From IMG/VR virus record IMGVR_UViG_3300029721_000003: 59,290 nt of DNA; one strand, given 5' to 3'. The stretch comes from a virus. How positions within the stretch are numbered: the stretch's first letter is position 1; every line of letters begins with the position of its first letter. Both the position numbers and the translations under genes were made by a program. Below, piece after piece: positions 37,891 through 47,625 of the stretch. The notes below the pieces were generated by a model. The model was given only the letters and a program-made list of their open reading frames with translations, ran no database searches and was not told where the DNA came from.

Positions 37891-38050
37891 ACGCATACTT
37901 TGGCACAACGATTGTGCTTCCCGGTCTGCCTACAAGTGTTGTATCAACTCTTGCGATAGGTGAGAACTTAATCTTCTTTGGTAACTTAGCTGATACCATA
38001 TCAGCCATTACCTGTGGGTCTACTAAATTTGCTAACTTAGTCTGTGGCAT
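37891..38050 (-). CDS. Major capsid protein, exon 1
   Basis: GGAGG RBS, ATG at 38050; MPQTKLANLVDPQVMADMVSAKLPKKIKFSPIARVDTTLVGRPGSTIVVPKYA, then TAA if unspliced. Confidence 0.8.
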
Positions 38051-38070
38051 AGTTTATTTACCTCCATTTT

Positions 38071-38649
38071 CTACTCTGTGAACTTCTTATAAAGTTCTGG
38101 ATTCTTATTTTTGAACTCCACTCTTTCGTGGTAATTCATCTTGTTAAACTGTTCCTGTGTTATCGTGCTTTCTTCTCCACCGCCTGCATTAATAGCCGGT
38201 CTTGATTTAAGCCACTCTGCCTTAGCTTCTTTAACCTGTCTTTGCACTTCATTGGCAATTACAGTTGCTATAAGGCTATGGTCTGCATCTGCAACCGCCT
38301 CAATCAAAGAATCAATATCCTTTCCATCGCCTATAACTTTCTGATAAGCATTGACAGCTTTCATATGATTAAGTTCTTTGCTCATGTTCTCGAACTTTTC
38401 AGCCTGCAACTTTTCAGCTTCTGCCTTTGCTTCCGCTTCCTGTTCTTCTGCTGTCTGCTTCGAGCGAAGTTCTTTCTTGTACTTAGCTGCTTCTGAACTG
38501 GCTTTATCGGAAGCATTCTTATACTTCTCTTTTTCAGCTCTTTCACTAGCAAGCTGCGCCATAAGTTCTTCTACGCTAGGTGTCTGCTCTTCGTTCTGTG
38601 GCTCATTGTTAGTTGTTGGTTCTGTTGTTGTGTTAATTACATCTGCCAT
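38071..38649 (-). CDS. Scaffolding protein
   Basis: MADVINTTTEPT..., acidic coiled coil (AEKEKYKNASDKASSEAAKYKKELRSKQTAEEQEAEAKAEAEKLQ); between portal and capsid. Confidence 0.7.
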   Translation of the reverse strand: MADVINTTTEPTTNNEPQNEEQTPSVEELMAQLASERAEKEKYKNASDKASSEAAKYKKELRSKQTAEEQEAEAKAEAEKLQAEKFENMSKELNHMKAVNAYQKVIGDGKDIDSLIEAVADADHSLIATVIANEVQRQVKEAKAEWLKSRPAINAGGGEESTITQEQFNKMNYHERVEFKNKNPELYKKFTE

Positions 38650-38775
38650 AATTTCTTTACCTCTGCTTTCTGCGTTTTTTGTTGTTCTCTCAACTTCTTG
38701 CGATATTTGTATTGCCCTTTCTCTAGGACATATAAAAAGCCACAAGGCATTTCTACCCTGTGGCTCAATATCAAT

Positions 38776-40368
38776 TTATTTATCAGTTCTGCTCTTATCT
38801 ATAACTGGACTATTTTCTGTCTGGTCTGATAAGTCTTGCATTGTGCGGTCTTTGTTAGGCGATTGTTCGCCATCTCCGCCCTCTGCTTGGTTCTGTGTGT
38901 CTTTGTTAATTATGCTGTCTTGATATGCCTTAACCATTTCTCCGCTTCTTGCTACAACATCGTTAGGGTCATCAAAAAATGGAATTGCATCAACTGTATC
39001 TTTAAGACTAAATCCGTGGCTTATCAATGTCGCCATAGCGTTAACCTTAGTTGACATTTCATAAGTTTTTTGTCGCTTAATGTTAGGCTTTACATCTCTT
39101 GCCCTTAATTTAAGTAATGGATTACTGCTATTAACATTGTTTGACAGCTTAATAGCCGCAAGAACAACTTTTATCTCTTCCATTTTGCAGCCATCTGTAA
39201 TCAGTTGTTGCTTTGCCGCCGCTGTTTCTGCTTGTGACCAGCCTGTTGCGTCCGACATTGCAACTCCTGTACTTCCACCGCTATTATCATTTCGTTGTGG
39301 CACATTGCATTTCTGCAAGATTATCTGTCGCCTTGATTGGATATTATTAAGCATACCTGTGTAATCGTAATTGATTGCAAGTGGCTCAACTATTGGAGTT
39401 TTGCCATCTGCTGATGTGTAGGTCTGCATCCATTCTCCAGATTTTGGCTTTCTTACTTTTTCAGTAATGCGTTGCGTTCCATCTTTATCAACTGTTGTTT
39501 CCTGTTCAACCGGGAAATCAACATCATTTGTATGCCATACTGCCTGTGTATTCTGTTCGACATCATTCGTGAAATCTGAAATGAGTAGGTTTAAGTTATC
39601 CATTTCAGATATTTGCCGTTCAAAACATCCCATTCTATCAAATGACCTTGTATATTCAATAATAGGGATTTTATGTAATGGGTTCTCTTCCCCACTTCTC
39701 TCTAAAAATCCCCATTTTGTTTTTCCTTTTTCTGGTCCGTTAGTGATTTTTATTCCGTCGGTAATTTCATAGCGAATATCTTTTGTAAAACAGGTGTAAT
39801 ATCTTGTACCGCTATGTTTGTCTTTGATATAAGTACCTGCAAGAATAACCCTCTTATCGCTATAAGCTGTTGACCTTACAACAAATGTTGTTCTTGGATC
39901 TAATACATCATATGTGAAATAGCTTTCCCCATCCTCATATTCTGTATTCACATCAATAAGGACATATCCAACACCGCCGATTTCAACATATCTTGCAAGT
40001 TCCTGTTGCTTCTGCCTTGCATTCTGTGATTCGTAGCAACTGTTTAATTCTGCTATAGCTTCTGTGAGGTTAGAATCCTCATTGTCGCCGTTTTGAACTA
40101 GCGTTATAGGATTTCCCCACTTAAATCCTAAATTAAACTCTGTGACCTCGTTAGCCACATTATCACAGCATTCACAATCAATGTCTGGTCTGTAAGTCTT
40201 TGGGTTCTTCCTAACTATTGGCTGTATTCCTGCGTCATAATCAAGAAGAAACTGTATTCTGTTGGAATTAATATCATGTTCCAAAATTGCTTCACGCAAA
40301 ATTGGTATTATATTGTCAGGTGTTATTTCTTTTGCGCCTGTATAAATAGCAATTCTTCCTGTCTGCAT
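38776..40368 (-). CDS. Portal protein
   Basis: 530 aa; position after the terminase; SPP1-type portal-like sequence. Confidence 0.8.
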   Translation of the reverse strand: MQTGRIAIYTGAKEITPDNIIPILREAILEHDINSNRIQFLLDYDAGIQPIVRKNPKTYRPDIDCECCDNVANEVTEFNLGFKWGNPITLVQNGDNEDSNLTEAIAELNSCYESQNARQKQQELARYVEIGGVGYVLIDVNTEYEDGESYFTYDVLDPRTTFVVRSTAYSDKRVILAGTYIKDKHSGTRYYTCFTKDIRYEITDGIKITNGPEKGKTKWGFLERSGEENPLHKIPIIEYTRSFDRMGCFERQISEMDNLNLLISDFTNDVEQNTQAVWHTNDVDFPVEQETTVDKDGTQRITEKVRKPKSGEWMQTYTSADGKTPIVEPLAINYDYTGMLNNIQSRRQIILQKCNVPQRNDNSGGSTGVAMSDATGWSQAETAAAKQQLITDGCKMEEIKVVLAAIKLSNNVNSSNPLLKLRARDVKPNIKRQKTYEMSTKVNAMATLISHGFSLKDTVDAIPFFDDPNDVVARSGEMVKAYQDSIINKDTQNQAEGGDGEQSPNKDRTMQDLSDQTENSPVIDKSRTDK

Positions 40369-40379
40369 TGTCTATACCT

Positions 40380-40589
40380 CTAATAAAATGTCATACCGCT
40401 TGAACTTCTGTTGTCCGGTATTTCTTTAATTTGAAAATTATCATCATCGTTAGGCACATACCATATCCATTTGTGGCAATGCTTGCACGCTAATTTATGT
40501 GTTCTTGTGTCTTTGCTGTCTGCCTTAGTCAAAAACTTATGGCAGTTTGGACACATAATTGATTTATCTTTATTCATATAAAAATTCAT
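40380..40589 (-). CDS. Zinc-ribbon protein
   Basis: CPNCHK...CKHCHK. Confidence 0.5.
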   Translation of the reverse strand: MNFYMNKDKSIMCPNCHKFLTKADSKDTRTHKLACKHCHKWIWYVPNDDDNFQIKEIPDNRSSSGMTFY

Positions 40590-40721
40590 ATTTCCACCTC
40601 ATTGCATAACAAAAAACACCGCTACAATTAAGTAACGGTGCCTCTGATAAGGAATATATTTATGAAAAACAGCTCTGTAATTTCTTACAGATACAGTATA
40701 TCATTAGCGCAATATGACATT

Positions 40722-41153
40722 CTATGACATCTTTAAATATGTGTTGCCATATTTTTCTTCAAATGCCTTAAGAGCTTTTCCATGAAGTCTAATAATTTGT
40801 CTCCATGAATATTTCATTTCTGTAGCGATAACCTCGAAAGTTTTCTTTTCAATATATCTTGAAAACAGAATATTATAATAATCTTCATTCTCTATGCTGT
40901 CTATTTGCCCTATAATCAAGTTTTTCTTTTCAATATATTCATCTATCATATTATCAAGATTGCGCTCCATTTCGTCAATTTTGGCGTATGTAGAGCCTAT
41001 TTTATCTGGGTCAGATGATGATATTACCTTTTCTTCGTTTCCAATCGCCGATATGCTGCAAGAAAGTTCTCTAAGCTGTGTTATTTCTGTTAGCTTATTG
41101 TTTATCATTCTGTTAAGTCTGCTTATTTGATTCAAATAGTCCTTAGTTGTCAT
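40722..41153 (-). CDS. Sigma-70 region-4-like regulator (DUF1492/ArpU-type)
   Basis: ...YYNILFSRYIEKKTFEVIATEMKYSWRQIIRLHGKALKAF; hairpin plus T-run terminator at about 40610-40642. Confidence 0.55.
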   Translation of the reverse strand: MTTKDYLNQISRLNRMINNKLTEITQLRELSCSISAIGNEEKVISSSDPDKIGSTYAKIDEMERNLDNMIDEYIEKKNLIIGQIDSIENEDYYNILFSRYIEKKTFEVIATEMKYSWRQIIRLHGKALKAFEEKYGNTYLKMS

Positions 41154-41166
41154 ATAAACCCTCCTC

Positions 41167-42933
41167 TTATATCGGACTTGACATTATTACTGTTTGTGTT
41201 GCCTTTTTATCTATTACTATTGCAAGCTGTGTTATCGAATCGCTTGCATCATCGTGTGGATTTTTACCCTCTGATGTATACATTGTAAATTCATCCATAG
41301 CATCTTGATACATCTGTGTTCTTATGTAAGTTGGTCTATCATCTATTGCAAGATACTGCCTACTCATAAGGAAAATAAAAGTTTCTTTTACTCTGTCAGA
41401 ATATCCTTTGATTTTTTCCTCTTTAGGCAGTTTGGTATTTGCGTAATATGGAATAATTCTGCAAAAATATACATTCTGCTTTTTCATTTCAGCTTTTATA
41501 CTGTCCGTTATTAGCTTCCCACCAGCATTTTGTTCAATGTGCAATTCTGTTATGTAATGTTTCTTGATAGCTGCTACAACCAACGGAACTGTAACCGCCT
41601 GTGTACCTTTTTTATATACCCAATCAATAATATATTTTTGCTTTCCACCAAAATCAGCACATACCGGCATTGATAAATTATCAGCTCCGCCAAAAGCCGG
41701 GTCGCACAATGCTATTATTTTTCGTTCTTTATTTTCCAGCTCATCGTTAAAGTCTCCATTGAAAAATCTCAATTCGTTGTCCGGGAATAGCAATCCCTCA
41801 CGAACATAAGGCTTTTGCATAAACTTAGCCATCCATTCAGCTTTATCAAGTTTTTCCCTCATATCTCTGTAATAAGCTGTTGAAAAGCCATTTATTTCAT
41901 AGTCAAAGTTGCTCTCATCATTTTCATTAAGTGCCGGTATTCTTCTAAACCTGTATTGTGGGTCATTTTCGTATTGCTTTCTCATTCGTTCCAATGGGTC
42001 AAGGACATTCCATAATGTACCTACCATCAATTCTCTTGCACCATCGTTTTTTCGGTCAACCATCTTGTTTAGATACTCTTGATAGGTATTTTCCATTCGC
42101 ATAGGTGATAATGAATGTTCTCTATCTCTTACCAAATCATCCACATACAAATATCCATCTTTCGATACATCAACCGCACCGGTCCAAGTGCCATCAATAC
42201 CACGACAAGTAACTGTCGCAAATCTGTCTGGATTTCCAAGGGTTATTGTAAATTCATCAGCACTTTTATCTGTTACAAGTGGTTTATTTGCGTATTCTGG
42301 ATTCCAAAAATAAAACAATTCAGAAAATGTATACTCTTCTGTAGTAAATAAGTTCATAAGTTCTTTGTAAAAGCCTTTTGCGAGTATTCCAGAGTGACCG
42401 CCCATAGCTGAATGGCTATTAGGTCTGCGTAACGATACCCACGCAAGAAAGAATATACAAATTGTGGACTTTCCAACTCTTGACGGCATTGATAATCCAT
42501 AAAATTTAATTATTCTGTTTTCAAGGTCTTGCAAATCATTGACAACTATTTTAAGGGTGTGTCGCCTTGGAAAATAAAACCTTTTGCTGTAATGTCTTTT
42601 CCGTTCCATATAAAACATAAAGCTCTCAAAATCATAACAACTTTCAGTTTTAAGAGTTTTATACCATTTGTCAATTAAAGGATATTCTTCATCGTTGTCT
42701 TGAGCATATTTTTCTAAGTCCCATATTCCAACGCCGCTATGCTCCACGCAAAACTGTTCTATAATCTCTTTACAGCGTTTTGTTAGTTGTAATCCATACT
42801 GAATATCCTTTTCAGTTTTAATTGCCACTTCTGACGCTTCTATGTATGCGTCCATAACGCTTTCATCTATTCCATTTTTCTCTATGTAATTTTCATATCC
42901 ATTGATTGTAGAAATAAGGCTCTGACTAGCCAT
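41167..42933 (-). CDS. terL: Terminase large subunit
   Basis: Walker A ...MPSRVGKST..., nuclease-half motifs; GGAGGTG RBS before the ATG at 42933. Confidence 0.85.
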   Translation of the reverse strand: MASQSLISTINGYENYIEKNGIDESVMDAYIEASEVAIKTEKDIQYGLQLTKRCKEIIEQFCVEHSGVGIWDLEKYAQDNDEEYPLIDKWYKTLKTESCYDFESFMFYMERKRHYSKRFYFPRRHTLKIVVNDLQDLENRIIKFYGLSMPSRVGKSTICIFFLAWVSLRRPNSHSAMGGHSGILAKGFYKELMNLFTTEEYTFSELFYFWNPEYANKPLVTDKSADEFTITLGNPDRFATVTCRGIDGTWTGAVDVSKDGYLYVDDLVRDREHSLSPMRMENTYQEYLNKMVDRKNDGARELMVGTLWNVLDPLERMRKQYENDPQYRFRRIPALNENDESNFDYEINGFSTAYYRDMREKLDKAEWMAKFMQKPYVREGLLFPDNELRFFNGDFNDELENKERKIIALCDPAFGGADNLSMPVCADFGGKQKYIIDWVYKKGTQAVTVPLVVAAIKKHYITELHIEQNAGGKLITDSIKAEMKKQNVYFCRIIPYYANTKLPKEEKIKGYSDRVKETFIFLMSRQYLAIDDRPTYIRTQMYQDAMDEFTMYTSEGKNPHDDASDSITQLAIVIDKKATQTVIMSSPI

Positions 42934-43033
42934 AAGAAAAGCACCTCCACTTTTCAGCAAAGGTGCTTATAGACCTCTGCCTATAATTGTTTTAGGGTAG
43001 CGACTACAATCAATCTGTAGCCGGTAATATCGC

Positions 43034-43315
43034 TTAATCAATATCTGCAATGCTTTCTACAAAGCAGTTGTAGTAGATATATCTCTTGCTGTTAAAATCA
43101 AACTTAACATATTCACCATCGTTTGTATCAATATCAATTTTGCCTTTATATGTTGCAAGTTCTTTACCATCTGCCGTGTATACAGTAATTGTTCTCTGCA
43201 TGTCGCCATTTACATCACTTTTCATATCTGTTACCATTCTGTCCCATGATGCACATCCGGTCATTCCTAAACACAATGTCAATCCTAATACAATTGCTAT
43301 AATTTTCTTCTTCAT
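43034..43315 (-). CDS. Small lipoprotein
   Basis: MKKKIIAIVLGLTLCLGMTGC lipobox. Confidence 0.65.
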   Translation of the reverse strand: MKKKIIAIVLGLTLCLGMTGCASWDRMVTDMKSDVNGDMQRTITVYTADGKELATYKGKIDIDTNDGEYVKFDFNSKRYIYYNCFVESIADID

Positions 43316-43344
43316 AAAAATTCCTTTCCGCTGATAATCAGCAA

Positions 43345-43533
43345 TTATTGTTCTAATTCATCCGCACGCCTTGTCATTTCAATCTGTGTTCCGTTTTCAT
43401 CCCTTGCACCGACAGTTACATATCTGTTACTTCTACTCGTCATATCCCCAATCCGTATTTCCGTTTTATCATCATCAAACTTGTAACACTCACGCATTTT
43501 TTCAATGCAGTTATTCATCTCTGATATTTTCAT
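43345..43533 (-). CDS. Hypothetical protein
   Basis: 62-aa ORF. Confidence 0.4.
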   Translation of the reverse strand: MKISEMNNCIEKMRECYKFDDDKTEIRIGDMTSRSNRYVTVGARDENGTQIEMTRRADELEQ

Positions 43534-43732
43534 TGCTTATAAATCTCCTTGTTTCCTCAGTTATTTTAGAGCATATAGCGAAATTCGTTTCAATATGGCT
43601 TTGTGGCAGTCTGCCAAACTTTTTCAAAGCATATTTTTCTACAGCTTCTTTGGAAATATCTATTCCAAAATTTCTCAATGCTTCTTTAGATGGCGGTTGA
43701 TACTCTGATAAAGGATTGTCAATGTTGCTCAT
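43511..43732 (-). CDS. Hypothetical protein
   Basis: 73-aa ORF, ATGA overlap with the upstream ORF. Confidence 0.45.
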   Translation of the reverse strand: MSNIDNPLSEYQPPSKEALRNFGIDISKEAVEKYALKKFGRLPQSHIETNFAICSKITEETRRFISNENIRDE

Positions 43733-43908
43733 TCCTCACAGGTCTCCATCTTTGTCAATAATTCCCTTATCTGTTTCTTTAATCTCTTCTCTGTTGCATT
43801 GAAATCCGCAAGTCTTACAAAGTCTTCGTTTTCCTTAGCTTCTTCAAACGCTGAACAGAGTCCATTGTTTTTGTATCTATATACCGGTATCGCATATATA
43901 TCACTCAT
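43729..43908 (-). CDS. Hypothetical protein (59 aa)
   Basis: Hand-translated MSDIYAIPVYRYKNNGLCSAFEEAKENEDF...; ATGA overlaps at both ends. Confidence 0.45.
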   Translation of the reverse strand: MSDIYAIPVYRYKNNGLCSAFEEAKENEDFVRLADFNATEKRLKKQIRELLTKMETCEE

Positions 43909-44140
43909 TCCTCATAAACCTCTCAAAATCTTTTCTACAATTAGGGCATAATTCATATGTTCTTTCTAAAAATTCATATCTGCGAACATTCTTGATTTCA
44001 AGACACATATCATTATCTTCAAAAGTGGGAACTATATCTCCGCAACATCCAACTTGCTTAAATCTAACTTCTTTCCAACTCTTAGGCATCATCTCTTTTC
44101 CGCACCTATCGCAAGTGCGCCATTCTTTTTGATGTTTCAT
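43901..44140 (-). CDS. Zinc-ribbon protein
   Basis: MKHQKEWRTCDRCGKEM...CPNCRKDF. Confidence 0.5.
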   Translation of the reverse strand: MKHQKEWRTCDRCGKEMMPKSWKEVRFKQVGCCGDIVPTFEDNDMCLEIKNVRRYEFLERTYELCPNCRKDFERFMRNE

Positions 44141-44154
44141 TCTTCCACCGCCTT

Positions 44155-44502
44155 TTAAACCAACCCTAGCATACACAAAATATCAAGTCCTGATATTCTC
44201 TCCGCACCCTCTCTTGTGTGCATAAGAATTTCTTTAAGTCTTTCATTTTCTGCATTGCTGTATTTATCTTTATCATACGCTTCTGAAAAACAATAATATT
44301 TGCAATATCCATAGCCTGCACCAAGCATATTTCCGTGAACGCTCTTCCCGACAATATCGTAATATTTTGGCACTTTTAAAATATCGTTTTTTTCATCTAG
44401 GGTACATTCCTTTTGCTCTGCTTTTAGCTTTGATTGGAGATATTTCAGAAAACTTCGTATATCCTGTTCCGATTTTGAAATATATAAAATTGTTTCTTTC
44501 AT
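44155..44502 (-). CDS. Hypothetical protein
   Basis: 115-aa ORF. Confidence 0.45.
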   Translation of the reverse strand: MKETILYISKSEQDIRSFLKYLQSKLKAEQKECTLDEKNDILKVPKYYDIVGKSVHGNMLGAGYGYCKYYCFSEAYDKDKYSNAENERLKEILMHTREGAERISGLDILCMLGLV

Positions 44503-44517
44503 TCTTCCACCAACTTT

Positions 44518-44787
44518 CTAAGCACCATACATAAACATATTTCCGAAACGGGAATCATTTAGTGCTTTTTCTAATTCGTCTTTGTACCTAAATGGACTCA
44601 AAGGGCTTTTTATTTCTTCCCTCAATATAGGTGACATATTGTCCATCAAAATGCCTTGTGTAGCACTTGCAAGATTTTGTGGTGGCAAATCCGCTAAAGC
44701 GCATAGCTCCATTCTTTTATGGTCGCATTTTTCAGATTTAGGGCAACTTTTACATTTTTCTGCTAATTTGCTCAAAGATTCCACCAT
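44518..44787 (-). CDS. Hypothetical protein
   Basis: 89-aa ORF. Confidence 0.45.
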   Translation of the reverse strand: MVESLSKLAEKCKSCPKSEKCDHKRMELCALADLPPQNLASATQGILMDNMSPILREEIKSPLSPFRYKDELEKALNDSRFGNMFMYGA

Positions 44788-44789
44788 TA

Positions 44790-44987
44790 CTACACCAACT
44801 TTCTACCGCAGATAGGGCAATAATTGATTTCAAACTCTCCCTCTCCATATTCTTCACCGCTGTTGTCATAGCAAAGTTTATAACAATAGCCATAATTAGT
44901 TGATTCTATATATGCTCTGCCATATGTATAGCCATTTTCAATCTTCTTCTTTTTACCATTGCAAAACTTACACATATCACACCTCAA
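44790..44987 (-). CDS. Zinc-ribbon protein
   Basis: CDMCKFCNGK...CPICGRK. Confidence 0.5.
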   Translation of the reverse strand: MRCDMCKFCNGKKKKIENGYTYGRAYIESTNYGYCYKLCYDNSGEEYGEGEFEINYCPICGRKLV

Positions 44988-45223
44988 ATCTTCGTAAATA
45001 TATCCAAATCATAGTTATCTCTGATATAGTCAACAACTTCCTGTAATTTGCTCTTTACAAATTCATCTTGTACAATATCTGGGTGACAATGCATTGTGCA
45101 ACTGTCTTTCTTGCCCTGTGTCTTATATTTGCGATAATCAAATGTCATTGTAAAAAGTGGTATTTCTGTCAGATTCTTTGTCTTGCGTCTTATCCAACGA
45201 TTAACAATTCTCTCAATCATCAT
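44984..45223 (-). CDS. Hypothetical protein
   Basis: MMIERIVNRWIRRK...; GGGGGAAGA RBS. Confidence 0.45.
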   Translation of the reverse strand: MMIERIVNRWIRRKTKNLTEIPLFTMTFDYRKYKTQGKKDSCTMHCHPDIVQDEFVKSKLQEVVDYIRDNYDLDIFTKI

Positions 45224-45413
45224 TCTTCCCCCATAAATTATCTGGTAATTCCTCGCCGCCATAAATCTTGTTAGCGTATTTCTTAAATGTCGGTACGCTA
45301 CAACCTGCTACTTTCGCCGCTTTTACCTGTGAAACCTGCCCTGATATATATAGGTTTATTGCTTCGTAGAACTTCTCTTTGTTTAGTGGGTGTACGCCCA
45401 TAGCCATAATCAA
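45213..45413 (-). CDS. Small HTH protein
   Basis: ...ISGQVSQVKAAKVAGCSVPTFKKYANKI. Confidence 0.5.
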   Translation of the reverse strand: MIMAMGVHPLNKEKFYEAINLYISGQVSQVKAAKVAGCSVPTFKKYANKIYGGEELPDNLWGKNDD

Positions 45414-45587
45414 TCACTCCTTGTCTTTAATGTGTTAATGCTAATGTTATTGTTGTAAGTGTTTCGCCTACTGCAAAAATTATCATTCCATCCACACCAG
45501 CTATATCATTCATTATGCACAATAATATTGAATTTATTAAAAACGAAATAATTTGAATTTTGTTTTTATCTCTCATAAACATTACTC

Positions 45588-46679
45588 CTACCATTCTTTG
45601 CTTTCACACCAGCTACCCTTGCAAGCGTGATTCATAATGTTAATTAAAACCTTTTCAGAAGAAAAGTGAACTAAGCTGTAATCACATTGTGCTGAAAACT
45701 TTGTATTGAAATATTCATCAACCAACATCTTGTAGTCTGTATTATCGTCCATATCACTTATAGCCGCATAATAGGTATCTGTATATCCGTCACGCTCTAT
45801 GTCGGTTTCTTTTGTTAAATTATCTACTACTCTTGATAAAACCTTATCTGTTAATGGGTAGTGATATTCTCCAGTACATTCTCCGTGTTTGTCTAAAAAG
45901 TATTTAAAGAATGCTTCTGTATTTTCTTTGAGCGTTTCATCGTTAGTCCAATCATAAGCTATCTTGCCAGCTCTGCTTATCATTCTTTCTTCGGCAACTT
46001 CCCAATCACTTTGAGAGTATTCGCTTATCGGCTTAAACTCTTTCGCTTTTTTATCTTTGGGTAAAAAAGAATTACATTGTTCTCTGTTAAGAGAATTACA
46101 CTCTGTATTTAATGTTCCGTAATTAGTGTTATGGTAATCATTGTTAGTAATCCCTGTTAAAAGAGTTACACCTTGTGGCATTCCCGAGTTACACTTTGTG
46201 TTATTCCCTTGGGAATTACATTTTGTGTCATTCCCGTTTTTCTCATTTTGTAATTTCTGTCCTTCATCTTCTGCTATAACCTCTTGCCTGATATTTTCTT
46301 CCCATTTTTTAACTTCTGCGTTGATAACATCATAATTAGGTCGTATATGTATAGTTGGCATTGAATTGAATTTGTATTTTGCTGTAATTACAAACTTTTT
46401 TTCTACCAACGATTTAATCGCTTTGTCATACTGCCTTTCAGTAATCCTTATCTCTTCCCACCAGTCTTTTCTTTGCTTTGCAATCCAATATTTGCCATTT
46501 TTGTATATCTTGACTTTGCTTTTATTATCTTTAGTTGGTGCAAACCAATATAAAATTCTTGATAACAGCGTACCCTCTATCAAATCACCTGTTATGTCAA
46601 TGTATTTATGGAATGTGTGGTTACACCTTGCTGATGATAGAAAATTAACTTTTGTTTGGATTTCATTTTCTGATAGCAT
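45588..46679 (-). CDS. Second replication-initiator-like protein (winged-helix N-terminus) with internal iterons
   Basis: ...GDLIEGTLLSRILYWFAPTKDNKSKVKIYKNGKYWIAKQRKDWWEEIRITERQYDKAIKSLVEKKFV...; repeats in the mid-gene linker. Confidence 0.5.
   Translation of the reverse strand: MLSENEIQTKVNFLSSARCNHTFHKYIDITGDLIEGTLLSRILYWFAPTKDNKSKVKIYKNGKYWIAKQRKDWWEEIRITERQYDKAIKSLVEKKFVITAKYKFNSMPTIHIRPNYDVINAEVKKWEENIRQEVIAEDEGQKLQNEKNGNDTKCNSQGNNTKCNSGMPQGVTLLTGITNNDYHNTNYGTLNTECNSLNREQCNSFLPKDKKAKEFKPISEYSQSDWEVAEERMISRAGKIAYDWTNDETLKENTEAFFKYFLDKHGECTGEYHYPLTDKVLSRVVDNLTKETDIERDGYTDTYYAAISDMDDNTDYKMLVDEYFNTKFSAQCDYSLVHFSSEKVLINIMNHACKGSWCESKEW
46069..46235. repeat. Five iteron-like ~23-bp direct repeats (candidate second origin)
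   Basis: GAGTTACACCTTGTGGCATTCCC (46163), GAGTTACACTTTGTGTTATTCCC (46186), GGAATTACATTTTGTGTCATTCCC (46212), plus weaker copies at 46069 and 46091. Confidence 0.65.
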
Positions 46680-46777
46680 ATTTATTACCTGCCTTTCTGA
46701 TAACTGCCTTATTAACAAAACAACAAACAGGCACTAAGGCTTGTGCTTTTCGGTCTGCATCACCTAGTTTGTTGTAA

Positions 46778-46916
46778 TCGGATAGACAGGACTCGAACCT
46801 GCATAACTGGTTTCTGAAAATACATTGTTGCTGATTACAGACGACTCCTGCCTATCACTTGGCAATGTTATTACCAGTTATCTTCTTTGATTGCTTACCT
46901 ATTTGCATACTATCCG
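46778..46916 (-). ncRNA. tRNA-like RNA A (acceptor, D- and T-arms present; anticodon arm replaced by a ~95-nt extended arm)
   Basis: 5' CGGATAG pairs with 3' CTATCCG; D-loop AAATAGGTAA; T-arm GCAGG-TTCGAGT-CCTGT; long helix ATAACTGG/CCAGTTAT then ACATTG/CAATGT. Confidence 0.45.
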
Positions 46917-47061
46917 TTGTACAGTTTCTTGTGTTGGAAAGTATTTATGGCACTTCATTACGCTATCTGCCATCCTGTTCGCAAATCAACCAACACAAGC
47001 ATTTTAATTATTCAGCAGGGAATACTGCAACGCCTGCTTATTCGGGAATGACCCGACCACT

Positions 47062-47172
47062 TGCTATGGTGAGGATTTGCACCTCCACATGACACTTAAG
47101 ACGAGTTATCTAAGTTGCAGATTTCAACTCATAAATCTACTGCAATACTGGCTACCTATTTCAGCACATAGC
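47062..47172 (-). ncRNA. tRNA-like RNA B (same D-loop as A, 10-bp anticodon-like arm with 8-nt loop, long variable arm)
   Basis: GCTATGT/CCATAGC acceptor (6 bp); D-loop AAATAGGTAGC; arm TTGCA-GTA-GATTT-ATGAGTTG-AAATC-TGCAA; T-arm GGAGG-TGCAAAT-CCTCA. Confidence 0.4.
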
Positions 47173-47249
47173 AACTTACTCACACCTCTTGACCTAGGAT
47201 AAGTCCGCAAACAGCATTACGCACGCAGACCTAAGAAGTGCTTTCAAAA

Positions 47250-47332
47250 CGCCGACATCGTGAATCGAACACGAACAACATTTCTGCTGGATAGCTTAGC
47301 AAGCTACTGGAATGCTTTTATCCCATATCGGC
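47250..47332 (-). tRNA. Class-II tRNA-Ser(GCU)-like gene with non-canonical D-arm
   Basis: GCCGATA/TGTCGGC acceptor; anticodon arm GTAGC-TTGCTAA-GCTAT; variable arm CAGCA-GAAA-TGTTG; T-arm TCGTG-TTCGATT-CACGA; D region is a 6-bp hairpin lacking GG; no encoded CCA. Confidence 0.5.
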
Positions 47333-47554
47333 AAATACCGCCTGTAACGGCTATCAAGGGAAAATGCAATAATATTTTGGGGGATATTGTGGAAGAACCT
47401 TGATAAGTTGATTTTCACACCTCTGTATGAGGTAAGCCTTTCCGAGTGGTCTTTCACCACCCTTAACTGAATCTCCAAGAAAGTACATGAAAGGAGGACT
47501 ACCCTGTAAAATGCAAAACAGTTTGATGGTAGTCTACGATAAAAGTAAGACAAA

Positions 47555-47625
47555 CTACCCCAGTGGGATTCGAACCCACGCTAACGGAATCAAAGTCCGG
47601 TGCCTTACCGCTTGGCTATGAGGCA
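47555..47625 (-). tRNA. tRNA-Gln (anticodon UUG)
   Basis: TGCCTCATAGCCAAGCGGTAAGGCACCGGACTTTGATTCCGTTAGCGTGGGTTCGAATCCCACTGGGGTAG; full cloverleaf, close to canonical bacterial tRNA-Gln; no encoded CCA. Confidence 0.9.

Noticed and set aside
46740-47550. tmRNA (T-arm-like motifs plus a long non-tRNA segment)
   Set aside because: No tag-peptide reading frame ending in a stop could be found, nor a resume-codon context. No 5'/3' tRNA-like domain spans the whole segment. Each T-arm has its own nearby acceptor partner instead.
46859-47553. Track ORFs 46859-47092 (+, 77 aa) and 47296-47553 (-, 85 aa)
   Set aside because: They overlap tRNA and tRNA-like structures, lack RBSs, and have odd Cys/Arg/Leu-rich sequences. 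The region is better explained as RNA genes.
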